In this document: one piece after another, positions 19,086 through 32,939 of the stretch | Numbering within the stretch: position 1 is the first letter of the stretch | Layout: each line of letters opens with the position of its first letter | Notes under the pieces: generated by a model | Databases searched by the model: none | Told to the model about the DNA's origin: nothing | What the model saw: only the letters and a program-made list of their open reading frames with translations | Program-made: the position numbers and the translations under genes | Source: Pseudomonadota bacterium | GTDB lineage: Bacteria > Bdellovibrionota_B > Oligoflexia > Silvanigrellales > Silvanigrellaceae | Assembly (NCBI GenBank): GCA_039799905.1 | Contig: JBDLRP010000013.1 | Span: forward strand, 63,431 to 127,430 | DNA: 64,000 bases | Direction: 5' to 3'

Positions 19086-19178
19086 GATCCTGTCCTCACT
19101 TTTTTGAGAGCTGTTTCACAGTTGCGACCCCGACGTGGTAACAAATCAGTGGGGTATGGTCAAAAAGGAGGTCCACCG

Positions 19179-20345
19179 GTGGCTCAGGACCCAATATCAG
19201 CCAATCAGAGTGTCCGCCGCGGAATGGACGACCTTGTAGTTGACACGACATCAATCAGTTGGGTCAATGGACAACAAGGCCGACTCTACTATCGTGGCTT
19301 TCGCGTCGAAGACCTCGCCGAAATGGCCAGCTTCGAAGAAGTGGCCTACCTCCTGCTCTGTGGTCATCTCCCCAACCAGCGCCAATTGAATTCGTTCAGC
19401 TGGAAATTGCGGCAGCTTTCGCATACACCCGAAAAAACAATCCGTATTTTGCAGGAACTGCCCCGGCACACGGCTCCGCTCGCTGCGCTTCAAACGGCTT
19501 TGGCAGCGCTGGGCTGCACCGACCCCGGTCCAAAATACTCCGAAGAAGAGACGTTGCTCGGACTTGCCATGCGCGTCATCGCACAGACACCCATCATTCT
19601 GGCTGCGTTTTATCGACTGCATCAAGGCTCACCAATTCTCTCGGCGCGTGATGATCTGTCGCATGCGGAAAATTTTCTCTACATGCTGCACGGACAAGTG
19701 CCCTCGAAAAAGGCTGCCCGCGCGATGGAAATTGCGCTGATTCTGCAAATGGACCACGGCTTCAATTCGTCAACTTTTACCGCGCGCGCCGTGGCTTCGA
19801 CACTGACGAACATGTACGCGGCAACCAGCGCGGCTGTCGGCGCCCTAAGTGGTCCGCTGCACGGCGGCGCAAGTGAACAAGTTGTTGAAATGCTCGCCGA
19901 GATTGAAGAGTGGGGCGACACCGACTCATACCTTGATCATCTGTTTGCCTCGGGTGGCAAGGTGATGGGCATGGGACACCGCGTATACAAACAAACAGAT
20001 CCACGCGCTGTGGTCTTTGAACAATTACTGAAGGAACTCACCGCAAAGGAAGAAAATCCCAAAGACATAAAAATTCTCGCACACGTTGCGAGGCGGGCGC
20101 GAGAACATTTCGCCGCGCGCGATCGTCCGATTCACGTCAATGTGGATTTTTGGAGCGGAGCTGTCTACCGGCGACTGGGTATTCAACCCATTTTGTTTCC
20201 AGCAATCTTTGCTGCGGCGCGGATCGTCGGATGGTGCTCGCACATCATTGAACTCCGCCAGAACAACCGGCTCTACCGACCGCTGTCTTCCTACACCGGT
20301 CCGATTGATTTGCCATTTAAACCCCTTGCAGACAGACCCGCATGA
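19179..20345 (+). CDS. Citrate synthase / 2-methylcitrate synthase family
   Basis: DHGFNSSTFTAR, GPLHGGA, GMGHRVYK..DPR, NVDF; AAGGAGG RBS before GTG at 19179. Confidence 0.92.
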   Translation: MAQDPISANQSVRRGMDDLVVDTTSISWVNGQQGRLYYRGFRVEDLAEMASFEEVAYLLLCGHLPNQRQLNSFSWKLRQLSHTPEKTIRILQELPRHTAPLAALQTALAALGCTDPGPKYSEEETLLGLAMRVIAQTPIILAAFYRLHQGSPILSARDDLSHAENFLYMLHGQVPSKKAARAMEIALILQMDHGFNSSTFTARAVASTLTNMYAATSAAVGALSGPLHGGASEQVVEMLAEIEEWGDTDSYLDHLFASGGKVMGMGHRVYKQTDPRAVVFEQLLKELTAKEENPKDIKILAHVARRAREHFAARDRPIHVNVDFWSGAVYRRLGIQPILFPAIFAAARIVGWCSHIIELRQNNRLYRPLSSYTGPIDLPFKPLADRPA

Positions 20346-21745
20346 TTTTTCGACTGTTGGTCATTTTGAGTCAGACAATTGCAACAACGGCGCATCTGCT
20401 GGCGGGGCTATTTCTGCAATTGTCACGCTCCGAAAAAACCCGCCTTTTCATTTCCGAACGCGCGAATGGGTCATGGGAAAAAGCAATTGCCGATGCACAG
20501 CGGGAAAAGATCCGACGCGGTTGGCAGCACCGTCCGACCTACTGGATTCACGTCGCAAGTGCCGGCGAACTCGAGCAGGTCATTCCGATCCTCAAAGCAC
20601 TGAATGCCAAGCACGGTGTGGTTTTCTTTCTGACTTATTTTTCCCCTAGTGCGATTCCCTTTCTGAAAAATTGTCCGGCGCTGCTCGCCGCATCCAGCCT
20701 GCCGTGGGAAAGTAAAAGTTCATTCCGTCTTGCTCTTGTTGAACTTGACATCCGTCGCTTGGTTCTCGTGCGGTACGACTTTTGGCCAGTGCTCATCAGT
20801 ACTTTTTCTAAAGCCGGAAAGCCGATCTGCATTGTGGCTGCCACGCTGAAAAAAGCGCGCTCACCGCTGCCTTCAATCATGCAAAAGCAGTTGCGCAAAA
20901 TATGGTTTCGAAATGCGGATGCTATCTTTCTTGTCGACGGCAAAGAAAAGTCTTTACTTTCGACTGAAGAGCTCAAAGGTGATGTGCTGCATGTCGCTGG
21001 AGATGCAAAATGGCTGCGTGCACGCGAACGCGCCCTGAATTCAAAGTCGGTACCGTTGTCACGACAAATTGCAGGGCTTGCGAAACTTGCGGCGGGCGCA
21101 GGTACCGACGGACAAAAGCCCGTCTGGGTGTTCGGCTCTCCGCACCAGGAAGAATTGCAAGTTCTGCAGCGCTTGCTCGACAGCCACCTGCCACCGATGG
21201 TGGTTGTTGTCGCACCACATGAAGTCGATTCTCAGACGATCGCGGCGCTCAAAAAAGCTCTCCAGCGGACGGACAACGACATTCTGCAGATCAGTCAATG
21301 CGGCAGCCACGACTGGCAGAGTTCCGCGGACAACGACAAGCCCGTGAAAATTGTTTTTCTCGACACATTCGGTTTTCTCGCCGAAGCTTACGCATTGGCT
21401 GAAGTTGCCGTGGTGGGCGGAGGTTTTGACGGCCAATTACACAACGTTCTCGAACCGGCGGCGTTTTTGGTCCCAACCCTGTTCGGAAATAGGGCGAGCC
21501 GCGCTCCCGAGGCGCAAATATTGCTCACAAGCAACGCGGCGGTCGGTTTTGCAACCTCGGAAATGTTATTTCAATTTCTCCATCGCTGGGGTACCCTTAA
21601 AAATGACAGCGCGGTCCGCTCGGAAATGTCGCACTTAAAGAGCGAGCTCCGCATGCGCGCCGAAGCGCTGTTTGCTTCACTGCCCGACACAAGTGAGGTC
21701 GTCTGCCGAGTGCTGGCATCGAAAGATGCGCTTGAGACCACCTGA
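20342..21745 (+). CDS. waaA: Kdo transferase (3-deoxy-D-manno-octulosonic-acid transferase), divergent
   Basis: WIHVASAGE, DTFGFLAEAY, VGGGF..HNVLEPA. Confidence 0.8.
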   Translation: MIFRLLVILSQTIATTAHLLAGLFLQLSRSEKTRLFISERANGSWEKAIADAQREKIRRGWQHRPTYWIHVASAGELEQVIPILKALNAKHGVVFFLTYFSPSAIPFLKNCPALLAASSLPWESKSSFRLALVELDIRRLVLVRYDFWPVLISTFSKAGKPICIVAATLKKARSPLPSIMQKQLRKIWFRNADAIFLVDGKEKSLLSTEELKGDVLHVAGDAKWLRARERALNSKSVPLSRQIAGLAKLAAGAGTDGQKPVWVFGSPHQEELQVLQRLLDSHLPPMVVVVAPHEVDSQTIAALKKALQRTDNDILQISQCGSHDWQSSADNDKPVKIVFLDTFGFLAEAYALAEVAVVGGGFDGQLHNVLEPAAFLVPTLFGNRASRAPEAQILLTSNAAVGFATSEMLFQFLHRWGTLKNDSAVRSEMSHLKSELRMRAEALFASLPDTSEVVCRVLASKDALETT

Positions 21746-21787
21746 CTTAAGTCGACAGATTGAACACTTTTTTGAAAGATTTAAAAA

Positions 21788-23359
21788 ATGGTAGGCAAAC
21801 AATTGATCATCAACGCTTCGGCGTTTGAGACACGCGTCGCGCTGATCGAAGGCGGACATGTTTCGGAATATTACATTGAAAGACAACAAGAACGCGGAAT
21901 TGTCGGAAGCATTTTCAAAGGCCGCGTCATGCGCGTCCTGCCGGGAATGCAAAGCGCATTTGTCGACATTGGCCTCGACCGCTCGGCATTCCTCTATGGC
22001 GGCGACATTCAGCCACCGGGTGGTCCCGCAAATGAATTGCCCGAGTTTTTCGAAGACGACGAACAGACCAAACTGACTCCGGCGACCGATGACTCCGCGC
22101 CCATTCCAAATACCGACATGGCCAACCCGGTTCCCACCCACCGTCCACAAAGGTTTTTCAAGATCGCGGATCTGGTGAAGGAAGGTCAGGAGGTGCTGGT
22201 TCAGGTCGCAAAAGACTCCATCGGCACCAAGGGCGCGCGCATCACGACGTACTTGAGTTTCCCAGGTCGTTACGTCGTCTTAATGCCAAATATCAATCAC
22301 ATAGGCATCAGCCGGCGCATCATGAACGAGGAAGAGCGAAACCGCCTGAAGCTGATCGTTCAAAGGGTCCGCCCGGATGGCATGGGTATTATTGTCCGGA
22401 CGGCGAGTGAGGGTGTCCCAGAGGAGAAGCTGATAGCCGACATCGATTTTCTTCTTAAGCTCTGGGAAAACGTCAAAGCAAAGGCAACCAAGGCGAAACC
22501 CCCGAGTCTTGTGCACGAGGATCTCAACCTCGTCTTCCGCGCGACCCGCGACCTCATCTCGCGCGATCTGGAGCGAATCGTCATCGACAACAAAGACGTC
22601 TATGAAGACGTGGTGCGCTTTCTCAATCGCTTTTCCGTCAAACTGGGCGCACAGGTTCAGTTGTATCAAGGCGACACAGCAATCTTTGACGCCTATGGAA
22701 TCGAACTGGAAGTTTCGCGGGCGCTGGGCTCAAAGGTGTGGCTCAAATCTGGCGGATATCTCATCATCGAGCGGACCGAAGCGCTGACCGCAATAGACGT
22801 CAACACGGGAAGGTTTGTCGGCGGAAAGTCGCTCGGCGACACGATTGTCAAAACCAATCTCGAGGCCGTCAAGGAAATCGTTCTACAACTGCGATTGCGC
22901 AACATTGGCGGGATCATCATTCTCGACTTCATTGACATGGACCGCCAGGACGACCGCGACCGGGTCTTCAACGCGCTGCAGGAAGAACTCAAAAAAGACA
23001 AAGCGAAAACATCCGCGCTGCGGATTTCCGAAATGGGTCTCGTACAGATGACCCGCAAGCGCACTGAAGAAAGTCTTTCACAAAAATTGTGCACGCCCTG
23101 CCCTTATTGCGAAGGGAAGGGTGAGGTCAAAAGCCCCACAACGGTTGCTTATGACATCATCCGTGAACTTGCGCGCGAGTTTTCAAAGTTACCGGCAGAG
23201 AATTTTGTACTCAAGGCGCATCCACAGGTGATCGACAGGCTGTGCGAGGAAGACGCCCAATTCGTTCAAGAAGTCCGCGACCGCTTCTCGAAGAAAATCG
23301 TCCTCAAAACAGCTCCCGAATTCCACCTTGAGCATTATGAGATTTCGCCCATTCGCTGA
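21788..23359 (+). CDS. rng: Ribonuclease G (RNase E/G family)
   Basis: S1 domain, IDVNTG, QLRLRNIGGIIILDFIDM, CPYCEG Zn-link; 523 aa with no long scaffold tail. Confidence 0.93.
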   Translation: MVGKQLIINASAFETRVALIEGGHVSEYYIERQQERGIVGSIFKGRVMRVLPGMQSAFVDIGLDRSAFLYGGDIQPPGGPANELPEFFEDDEQTKLTPATDDSAPIPNTDMANPVPTHRPQRFFKIADLVKEGQEVLVQVAKDSIGTKGARITTYLSFPGRYVVLMPNINHIGISRRIMNEEERNRLKLIVQRVRPDGMGIIVRTASEGVPEEKLIADIDFLLKLWENVKAKATKAKPPSLVHEDLNLVFRATRDLISRDLERIVIDNKDVYEDVVRFLNRFSVKLGAQVQLYQGDTAIFDAYGIELEVSRALGSKVWLKSGGYLIIERTEALTAIDVNTGRFVGGKSLGDTIVKTNLEAVKEIVLQLRLRNIGGIIILDFIDMDRQDDRDRVFNALQEELKKDKAKTSALRISEMGLVQMTRKRTEESLSQKLCTPCPYCEGKGEVKSPTTVAYDIIRELAREFSKLPAENFVLKAHPQVIDRLCEEDAQFVQEVRDRFSKKIVLKTAPEFHLEHYEISPIR

Positions 23360-24170
23360 GTCCGCGCAGCGCCTCGGACCTGTGGCTCATGCGGTTTTTC
23401 TCTTCGAGTGGGATACTGGCGAAAGAAAGTTGTGGGCACCGTTGCGGGAAAAACATCGCATCGTATCCGTGCCCCTCACCGGCGAGAAGCTCCTGCTCGA
23501 ATGTGGCAACAAAGCCGTTGCAAAATCCCATCACCAGCTGAATACGGTATGAAGTTCCGAGCAGCATCATCGTGCACTCATACGCATAGGCGGCTGTCTC
23601 GACCGCAGTGATTCGTGAATGCAATTTTTCAAGAATCTGCTGTTCCAGAGATTCCAAATGAATCAATAATTCATCTTCTTCGAATGAATTTTCTCCGTCG
23701 CCCTCTGCGCACGGGCCAACATGAGTCGCAATCAGCAGAGAACAGACAAAAAATCCAGGTTCTTTGTTTTCTGCTGTGATATTCAAACGGCTCTTCAATA
23801 ACTCAATTAAATATTTTCGATTGCGCGCGTCGTCGCGAGGTTCGCCCGCCAGTGTCGCTGAATTAACCCCAGGCAAATAATTCAGGCGTGGTATACATAA
23901 ACCCGAATCATCTACAAGCACGGAAGTCGCACCGTGCGGTCGCAATTTTTCGAGCAACGGGATTGCCGCGGTTAATTTACGATAGCCATTTCCAGCAAAA
24001 GTCTGTCTATCTTCAACCGGTGTTTGCCACGCGTACTGCGTGCCGAGCAATTCAGATGCATCTTTTAGCCCTAAACACACGCGGTTTTCCTTGGCAAACG
24101 CATGCAAAAATTCACGAAGCTTTCCCGCGTTGCCCGTCGGTATCAAAATTGCACTCACAGCCAACCTCAA
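23304..24170 (-). CDS. rdgB: Non-canonical purine NTP pyrophosphatase (RdgB/HAM1) with internal insertion
   Basis: TGNAGKLRE, DDSGL, PGV.SA, GHGYDAMF, EKNRMSHR. Confidence 0.85.
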   Translation of the reverse strand: MRLAVSAILIPTGNAGKLREFLHAFAKENRVCLGLKDASELLGTQYAWQTPVEDRQTFAGNGYRKLTAAIPLLEKLRPHGATSVLVDDSGLCIPRLNYLPGVNSATLAGEPRDDARNRKYLIELLKSRLNITAENKEPGFFVCSLLIATHVGPCAEGDGENSFEEDELLIHLESLEQQILEKLHSRITAVETAAYAYECTMMLLGTSYRIQLVMGFCNGFVATFEQELLAGEGHGYDAMFFPQRCPQLSFASIPLEEKNRMSHRSEALRGLSEWAKSHNAQGGIRELF

Positions 24171-24357
24171 ATCTTCATTTTGTTTATTGCCAATATTCTT
24201 TTTTGAACGAGCGAAAAAGACCCGAAAAAAAACACCGAAAAAAGACCAGCAAATGCTACAAATTTAAGCGGCAACTTTTTCCTCCTCAAAATTTTGTCGT
24301 ATTTCAGGAAAAATCCTCTTTTTTTCGGATTCTTCCAACTTTTCCATGGACGAAACG

Positions 24358-24381
24358 AAAAAACCACCCGCTGTGGGGTGG
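24358..24381 (-). terminator. Intrinsic terminator downstream of the transaldolase gene
   Basis: CCACCC/GGGTGG stem followed by a T-run on the minus strand. Confidence 0.6.
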
Positions 24382-24414
24382 CTCGTACGTATCACTTCGA
24401 GAATTTCGTCTGAA

Positions 24415-25071
24415 TCAGACGATTGACCGTTGATTGGCCTTCTTCCAGTCATCCATAAACGCTGCGAGACCCTTCTCTGTCAGAGGATGCTGATACAAAG
24501 ACATCAACACTTTATAGGGACATGTCGCAACATCTGAACCCGCCAGCGCCGACTGGATCACGTGTTGCGGATGGCGGATGCTCGCTGCAAGGATCTGTGT
24601 CTTGAAGGAGTAATTATCATAAATGCTGCGGATTTCTTTAATCAGCTGCATTCCGTCCTGACTGATGTCATCAAGCCTGCCGACGAACGGAGAGATGTAG
24701 GTCGCTCCACATTTGGCAGCGAGTAGCGCCTGTGCAGCCTGAAAGCACAGGGTGACGTTTGTTTTGATTCCGCGCGCGCTGAGTGCTTTACAGGTTTTCA
24801 ATCCCTCGGGATTGAGCGGCAGCTTGATAACAATATTTTCGTGAATTTTGGCGAGCACATCGGCCTCAGCTAGCATTTCGGTCGCCGTCTGTCCGACAAC
24901 CTCTGCCGAAATGGGCCCTGGAATAAGGCGGACAATCTCATTGAGAAGCGATTTGAAGTCCTGACCTGATTTGGCGACCAGAGTCGGATTTGTTGTCACG
25001 CCGTCACAAATTCCGAGCTCGGCCATATGCCGGATTTCTTGAATATCTGCACTGTCGAGGAAAAATTTCAC
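24415..25071 (-). CDS. tal: Transaldolase / fructose-6-phosphate aldolase (family 3B)
   Basis: [42 protein letters not shown]. Confidence 0.93.
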   Translation of the reverse strand: MKFFLDSADIQEIRHMAELGICDGVTTNPTLVAKSGQDFKSLLNEIVRLIPGPISAEVVGQTATEMLAEADVLAKIHENIVIKLPLNPEGLKTCKALSARGIKTNVTLCFQAAQALLAAKCGATYISPFVGRLDDISQDGMQLIKEIRSIYDNYSFKTQILAASIRHPQHVIQSALAGSDVATCPYKVLMSLYQHPLTEKGLAAFMDDWKKANQRSIV

Positions 25072-26606
25072 GGACTGAATACCCCCACATTATCAAGCGT
25101 CGCACCGTTGAAGCGCAACACCTGTATTTTGTTGTTGCTGAAAGAACTTGTAAGCAGATAATTGCCATTGACGGTGAATGCCGACATGCCCGTCAAATCC
25201 AAATCACGGGTCAGCTGCGCAGCAATATTTCCGTCGGTCGCCGCCTGAATCAGGCTTTGTTCACGACCAAGGCTGCTACGTCCTTCTTCGACGCGCAACC
25301 ATGAAAGCGTGCACAGACTGCCTGTGTTGACGACCTGAATGGACGGCACTGCAGTCCTTTTGTCTTTGAGATTGGCAAACGCCGAATTCAAAGAAACAGC
25401 TGTGGGAGCGAGTAAATCACCCAAAATAGGTTGGCTCTCTCTGCCGGCCAAACGCGCGCGCAACTGGGTGGCTACCTGATCCCAACCCGAGAGTGAGACA
25501 ATGTTCGATTCGCCGCCCTTTTTTACAACGACTGCAGCTGGCTGAGCGAGCCCTGCAAGAGGTCCGGACAGCTGACAGGGGGACGTTTGAGGGTCGATTG
25601 CGACGGCTGACTGATACTTCTGCTGAAAGGTGTAAGTGAGGTTCGCCTCAGCGGTCAGGTCGGCAGCAGGGTCGCCCTTTTGTCCATTGAGATTAAATGC
25701 CACCGGAACGAATCCAAGTGCCTGCGACAGCCCCTTACCTGCGACAAGCGCGTTCAAATCGACCACCGCCGCCGATACAGTTCTTAGGTCAAATGCCGTA
25801 TTCGGCAATATAACGTTGCCTTTCAGCCAATCGAACGCACTCGGGTTTTTATCGCTTTTGTAATTGACCGTGCCTTGAGGAAAGGCGACGGCGAGTCCCA
25901 AACTGGGAAAAACCACAGGTGTGCCCCACGAGAGGAGGTACGCACCAAGCGGATTGTCGCGCGATGGACTGTAAAAATCCGCAGGCAACGAAGCCAATTT
26001 TGCAAGGCCGCCGGAGCGGGAATATTTGAAGAGCAAAACCTCGCCGCCCGCGATGTTTTCGGACGAGAGAGGATCACCAACCGACACAACGATCGTCCAA
26101 GTGTCGGTTTGACCGTCGACTGCACTCACGAGAATGCTGCCGATGCGACCCGACGGAACAGTGACAGAATCCTTCGGATTAGCAGAGGAACTCGGGTTTC
26201 CTGCTGCGTCCAGATTGAATACCTTCAATTGACCTTGTGTGCCGGAGAAACCCGCGATCAAAAATTCTCCGCCCCGTGCGACACCGATTGCAGTGCCCAG
26301 ACGGGGCGTTTGCAGCGTGGCCCTGGGGCGTGAGGGTGATGAAGCCGACGTTGGAACGGAAAAGGATTGCAGCGATCCGGTTTCGAATTCACCGCTCATC
26401 GATGCATTTAAAACGTAATAAACTGAGAGCGTGGGATGACTTGCGAGAGCGGCCGGAGTGTCCAACCGCTCGCCAATATCGGGACGCTCGGACTTGCCGC
26501 AGCTGCCCAGAGCAAACAAAGAAATTCCGGTGATAAACGCAAGCCACAGCGTGCTGCGCTTGCTCCTTTTGTACTGCAAGCGAGACACGCTGGCTGACTT
26601 CATCAC
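25068..26606 (-). CDS. Lipoprotein, probable beta-propeller, unknown function
   Basis: Lipobox LGSC, beta-rich sequence; 4-bp overlaps with gyrA and tal. Confidence 0.7.
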   Translation of the reverse strand: MMKSASVSRLQYKRSKRSTLWLAFITGISLFALGSCGKSERPDIGERLDTPAALASHPTLSVYYVLNASMSGEFETGSLQSFSVPTSASSPSRPRATLQTPRLGTAIGVARGGEFLIAGFSGTQGQLKVFNLDAAGNPSSSANPKDSVTVPSGRIGSILVSAVDGQTDTWTIVVSVGDPLSSENIAGGEVLLFKYSRSGGLAKLASLPADFYSPSRDNPLGAYLLSWGTPVVFPSLGLAVAFPQGTVNYKSDKNPSAFDWLKGNVILPNTAFDLRTVSAAVVDLNALVAGKGLSQALGFVPVAFNLNGQKGDPAADLTAEANLTYTFQQKYQSAVAIDPQTSPCQLSGPLAGLAQPAAVVVKKGGESNIVSLSGWDQVATQLRARLAGRESQPILGDLLAPTAVSLNSAFANLKDKRTAVPSIQVVNTGSLCTLSWLRVEEGRSSLGREQSLIQAATDGNIAAQLTRDLDLTGMSAFTVNGNYLLTSSFSNNKIQVLRFNGATLDNVGVFSP

Positions 26607-29080
26607 TCAATCTCCTCGGCAGATTCCAATTGCGTCACGGGAGTATCATCAAACTCGCTCGGCTTACAAACCGAGACAACCCGTTCGCCATCGAGAATGC
26701 GCATCAAACAAACACCCTGTGTCAGACGACCGATGACCTTCACACTTGTCGTATGAATGCGCAAGACCCGCCCGGTGTTGGTCGTCAGCATGAGGTCGGC
26801 CGCATCGGCCACCGAGAGCAGCGCAACAACCTTGCCATTACGCTCTGTCACGCGAATCGCACTCACACCCTTACCGGCACGTCCGGTGATTCTGTACTCC
26901 TCAAGCTCACTGCGTTTGCCATAGCCGAACTCGGTGACAACCAGCAGTTTCTCGCTTGCGGCAGGATCTACCACTTCGGCGGCAACGACTGTATCGCCAT
27001 CTTCCATGTTGATGCCCGTCACGCCACGCGCCGTGCGGCCCATCGAGCGAACTTCGTCTTCATTGAAGCGAATAGCACGGCCATTTGCCGAAGTCAGAAT
27101 CATCTGATTGCGACCATTTGTGATGCGCACCGACACGAGTGAATCACCTTCATCGAGCGTCACAGCGCGCAAACCGGTCGCGCGGATGTTGGCGAATGCA
27201 GATAGCTCGGTCTTTTTGACCGTACCTTGAGCAGTACACATGAAAACAAACATATTCTCAGAGAATTCGTGCACCGGCATCATGGTGGTGATTTGTTCAC
27301 CCGACTGCAGCGTGAGAATTTGCGCAATGGACTTTCCACGGCCATTTGCAGGCGCCTCAGGCAATTCATAAACCTTGAAGCAGTACACCTTGCCGAAGTT
27401 AGAGAACATCAACACGTGGTCATGTGTATGGGCACGGAAGGTTACCTTGACAAAGTCCTGGTCCTTGAGCGCCGCACCTGTTTTACCTTTGCCTGCGCGG
27501 TGCTGCGAACGGAATTCATCTTGCAGCACACGCTTGATGTAACCACCCTGTGAGAAGGTTACAAACACATCCGCCGGCGGTACCAGCGATTCAAGATCTA
27601 CGTCTGCCGCATCGGTGGTGATCTCGGTGCGGCGATTGTCGCCGTGTGACTCACGCAGTGCGACGAATTCATCACGCGCAATGGCGGCAACGCGTGCTGG
27701 CTTGGCAAGAATGTCTTTGAGGTCGGCAATCGTCACCATAATTTCAGCGTGCTCAGCAACTATCTTATCGCGTTCAAGTCCCGTAATGCGCGACAGGCGC
27801 ATTTCAAGAATCGCTGTTGCCTGACGGTCACTCAGCGAAAAGCGGGCAATGAGTTTCTCTTTTGCATCATCCGGACTTGGCGCCTTACGGATAAGATCGA
27901 TCGTCTCGTCGAGGTTGTCGACAGCGATCTTCAAACCTTCCAAAATGTGCAGGCGCTCTTCCGCCTTCTTCAAGCGGTAGTTCGTCCGACGTGTGATCAC
28001 TTCAAAACGGTGATCAACGAAGTGGGAAAGAGCTTCACGCAAGTTGACGAGCTTGGGAACGCCACGGACGATGCACACCATGTTGACGCCGAAGCTGTCC
28101 TGCAGGCGTGTCCGCTTATAGAGGTGGTTCAAGAGGATCTCGCCATTTTCGCCTTTTTTGACTTCGATGACGATACGGATGCCTTCTTTGTTTGACTCAT
28201 CGCGGATGTCCGAAATTCCATTGATTTCTTCTTCTTTGACAAGGTCCGCGATGCGCTCGATCAGGCTTGCTTTGTTCACCTGATAAGGCAATTCAGTGAT
28301 GATAATTTGCTCGCGGCCACCCTTGGTCTGCTCAACGGTCGCACGACCACGCACCGAAATAGAACCACGTCCGGTGCGATAGGCATCATGAATTCCCTTA
28401 AGGCCGCAGATCATGCCTGCGGTGGGAAAGTCGGGACCTTTCACAAATCCCATCAACTGTTCGACTGATGCCGATTCGTTGTCGATGAGGTGAATGAGAG
28501 CATCGAGGACTTCGGTGAGGTTGTGCGGGGGAATGTTCGTAGCCATACCGACCGCAATTCCCGACTGTCCGTTCACGAGCAGCTGCGGAAATACAGTGGG
28601 CAAAACGAGCGGCTCACGTTCGCTGTTGTCGTAGTTTGGTCCAAAATCAACAGTATCTTCATCGAGCGACTGCATGAGTGACTCAGACACTTTGGCAAGG
28701 CGGACTTCCGTGTAACGCATCGCGGCAGGACTGTCGCCGTCGATGCTTCCGAAGTTCCCCTGACCGTCGATGAGTGGATAACGCATCGAAAAGTCCTGTG
28801 CCATACGCACAAGTGCGTCATAAACGGCTGTGTCTCCGTGCGGATGGTATTTACCAAGAACGTCACCGACGATACGTGCCGATTTTTTGTAGGGCTTGTT
28901 GTGGACGTTGTTTTGCTCGTACATCGCGAAGAGCACGCGCCGGTGCACCGGCTTCATGCCGTCGCGCACATCAGGCAGCGCGCGGCTGACGATCACGCTC
29001 ATCGCATAGTCGAGGTATGCGTTTTTCATTTCTTCATTGATGTTGACCGCTACGATGCCCTGTCGAATTGCTTGTGACAT
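26603..29080 (-). CDS. gyrA: DNA gyrase subunit A
   Basis: [31 protein letters not shown], GyrA-box QHRAGKG, C-terminal pinwheel repeats. Confidence 0.98.
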   Translation of the reverse strand: MSQAIRQGIVAVNINEEMKNAYLDYAMSVIVSRALPDVRDGMKPVHRRVLFAMYEQNNVHNKPYKKSARIVGDVLGKYHPHGDTAVYDALVRMAQDFSMRYPLIDGQGNFGSIDGDSPAAMRYTEVRLAKVSESLMQSLDEDTVDFGPNYDNSEREPLVLPTVFPQLLVNGQSGIAVGMATNIPPHNLTEVLDALIHLIDNESASVEQLMGFVKGPDFPTAGMICGLKGIHDAYRTGRGSISVRGRATVEQTKGGREQIIITELPYQVNKASLIERIADLVKEEEINGISDIRDESNKEGIRIVIEVKKGENGEILLNHLYKRTRLQDSFGVNMVCIVRGVPKLVNLREALSHFVDHRFEVITRRTNYRLKKAEERLHILEGLKIAVDNLDETIDLIRKAPSPDDAKEKLIARFSLSDRQATAILEMRLSRITGLERDKIVAEHAEIMVTIADLKDILAKPARVAAIARDEFVALRESHGDNRRTEITTDAADVDLESLVPPADVFVTFSQGGYIKRVLQDEFRSQHRAGKGKTGAALKDQDFVKVTFRAHTHDHVLMFSNFGKVYCFKVYELPEAPANGRGKSIAQILTLQSGEQITTMMPVHEFSENMFVFMCTAQGTVKKTELSAFANIRATGLRAVTLDEGDSLVSVRITNGRNQMILTSANGRAIRFNEDEVRSMGRTARGVTGINMEDGDTVVAAEVVDPAASEKLLVVTEFGYGKRSELEEYRITGRAGKGVSAIRVTERNGKVVALLSVADAADLMLTTNTGRVLRIHTTSVKVIGRLTQGVCLMRILDGERVVSVCKPSEFDDTPVTQLESAEEIE

Positions 29081-29102
29081 AGTCTGCTACCCAGCCTTTA
29101 AT

Positions 29103-31619
<2,517 letters not shown>

Positions 31620-31659
31620 TCAAAACGGTCCGCCAGCCAATCAGCCGTCCCGCCAGCGA

Positions 31660-32847
31660 TTAAAAACGAGTCGGTACGAGCAAATAAAAGACATCGAGTC
31701 CTTTCTCTGCCTCACCAGTAATCATCACAGGACGGTTTACGTTCTCCCATGACGCCTTCAGAGTTGAGCCTGACAGAACGTTGAGGATGCCAGTGAGCAA
31801 AGTACCGTTGTAGTTGACGACAAAAGGCTGCTCGACAGGCGCCGAAAGTTCGACCACTTCTTCGCCTTCCTTGAGGCCAGGAGTGAAACTCTGGACATCA
31901 AGAACGGGTCCGTCAAAACCGAGCTTTATGATGCGGTTTTTGTCGGCAAAAAGCAGTACGCGGCGAACGCTCTCAAGCAACGGGTTCAAGCCGATCGTCA
32001 CTGAGAAGTTTACCTTCTGCGGAATGGCCGATGTATAGGGAGGATATTTTCCAGGAATGCACTTTGAAACCATCAAGTAATTTTCGGTTTCAACTGCGAA
32101 AAACAAACGCTCACCATGCCAGCGCAGACGATAATCCGCGTCTGGATTGGCAGCGCAGAGCCGGCGCAACTCATCCAATGCCTTTTTAGGTACGAGCACC
32201 GAGCTGTCTTCAACATTCTCTGCCATCAGACCGTCTGTCAGCTGAGCCTTTGCAAGCCGGTAAGCATCAGACGCGACCGCCTGAAGATTGAGTCCGTTTG
32301 AGGAATCTGCCCAAATCAAAGCGCCGTTTGCGTAAAATCTTGTGTCATCGGTTGAAACGAAATCGCGGAATGCATTTACCCAGCGCTCGAGAAAATCTCC
32401 TTTGACGACAATTGAGGTTCCTTCTTGCGGAACGATGACGTCGGTCTGTGTCTGGTCTTGGACGAGTTGCAATTTTGCGGAAGAACGACCGCACTTCACC
32501 ACGAGACGTTGTGGTAGTTCGGCAACGAGAGTGATTTTTTCCGGAGGGAGCTGGCGGACATATTCGCTCAGTTGTTTACCGGAGACCTTAAGCACACCTT
32601 TGCCCGAATACTCCGCGGCGAAGCTGTAGCGAATGGAGAGATTGTGGCTGAGCGCGCTGACCACAACCTGACCTTGACCGTTGAATTGAAATTGTACCCA
32701 GCCAACATCACCGTCAGCCTGAGCCGCTGTCACGGCCGCAAGAGCACCTGCCAATTTGTCGCGGTCAATGACTGCACGAATGGACGCACTTGTCTCACCT
32801 GAAATATCGGCATTGTGGCTTAGACTGCTCATGCGTTGCACTTGCAT
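31660..32847 (-). CDS. dnaN: DNA polymerase III beta sliding clamp (divergent)
   Basis: ASDAYRL, VPKKAL.EL, GKYPPY, C-terminal YLLVPTRF; located between oriC and gyrB. Confidence 0.88.
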   Translation of the reverse strand: MQVQRMSSLSHNADISGETSASIRAVIDRDKLAGALAAVTAAQADGDVGWVQFQFNGQGQVVVSALSHNLSIRYSFAAEYSGKGVLKVSGKQLSEYVRQLPPEKITLVAELPQRLVVKCGRSSAKLQLVQDQTQTDVIVPQEGTSIVVKGDFLERWVNAFRDFVSTDDTRFYANGALIWADSSNGLNLQAVASDAYRLAKAQLTDGLMAENVEDSSVLVPKKALDELRRLCAANPDADYRLRWHGERLFFAVETENYLMVSKCIPGKYPPYTSAIPQKVNFSVTIGLNPLLESVRRVLLFADKNRIIKLGFDGPVLDVQSFTPGLKEGEEVVELSAPVEQPFVVNYNGTLLTGILNVLSGSTLKASWENVNRPVMITGEAEKGLDVFYLLVPTRF

Positions 32848-32939
32848 GGCTCAACTCCTCTGATGGCTTTTCTTTTGCTGCAATGGTCTACATGAGGAAG
32901 GACGGTGGGACAAGCGCCGGTTTGGATTGTGCACAGGGT

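Noticed and set aside
24264..24347. tmRNA tag (peptide ending in VAA)
   Set aside because: No tRNA-like ends or other tmRNA features nearby
28810..28850. Acquired quinolone-resistance allele in gyrA (Thr at the Ser83-equivalent position)
   Set aside because: Thr occurs naturally at this position in several wild-type lineages, and the Asp87 equivalent is intact
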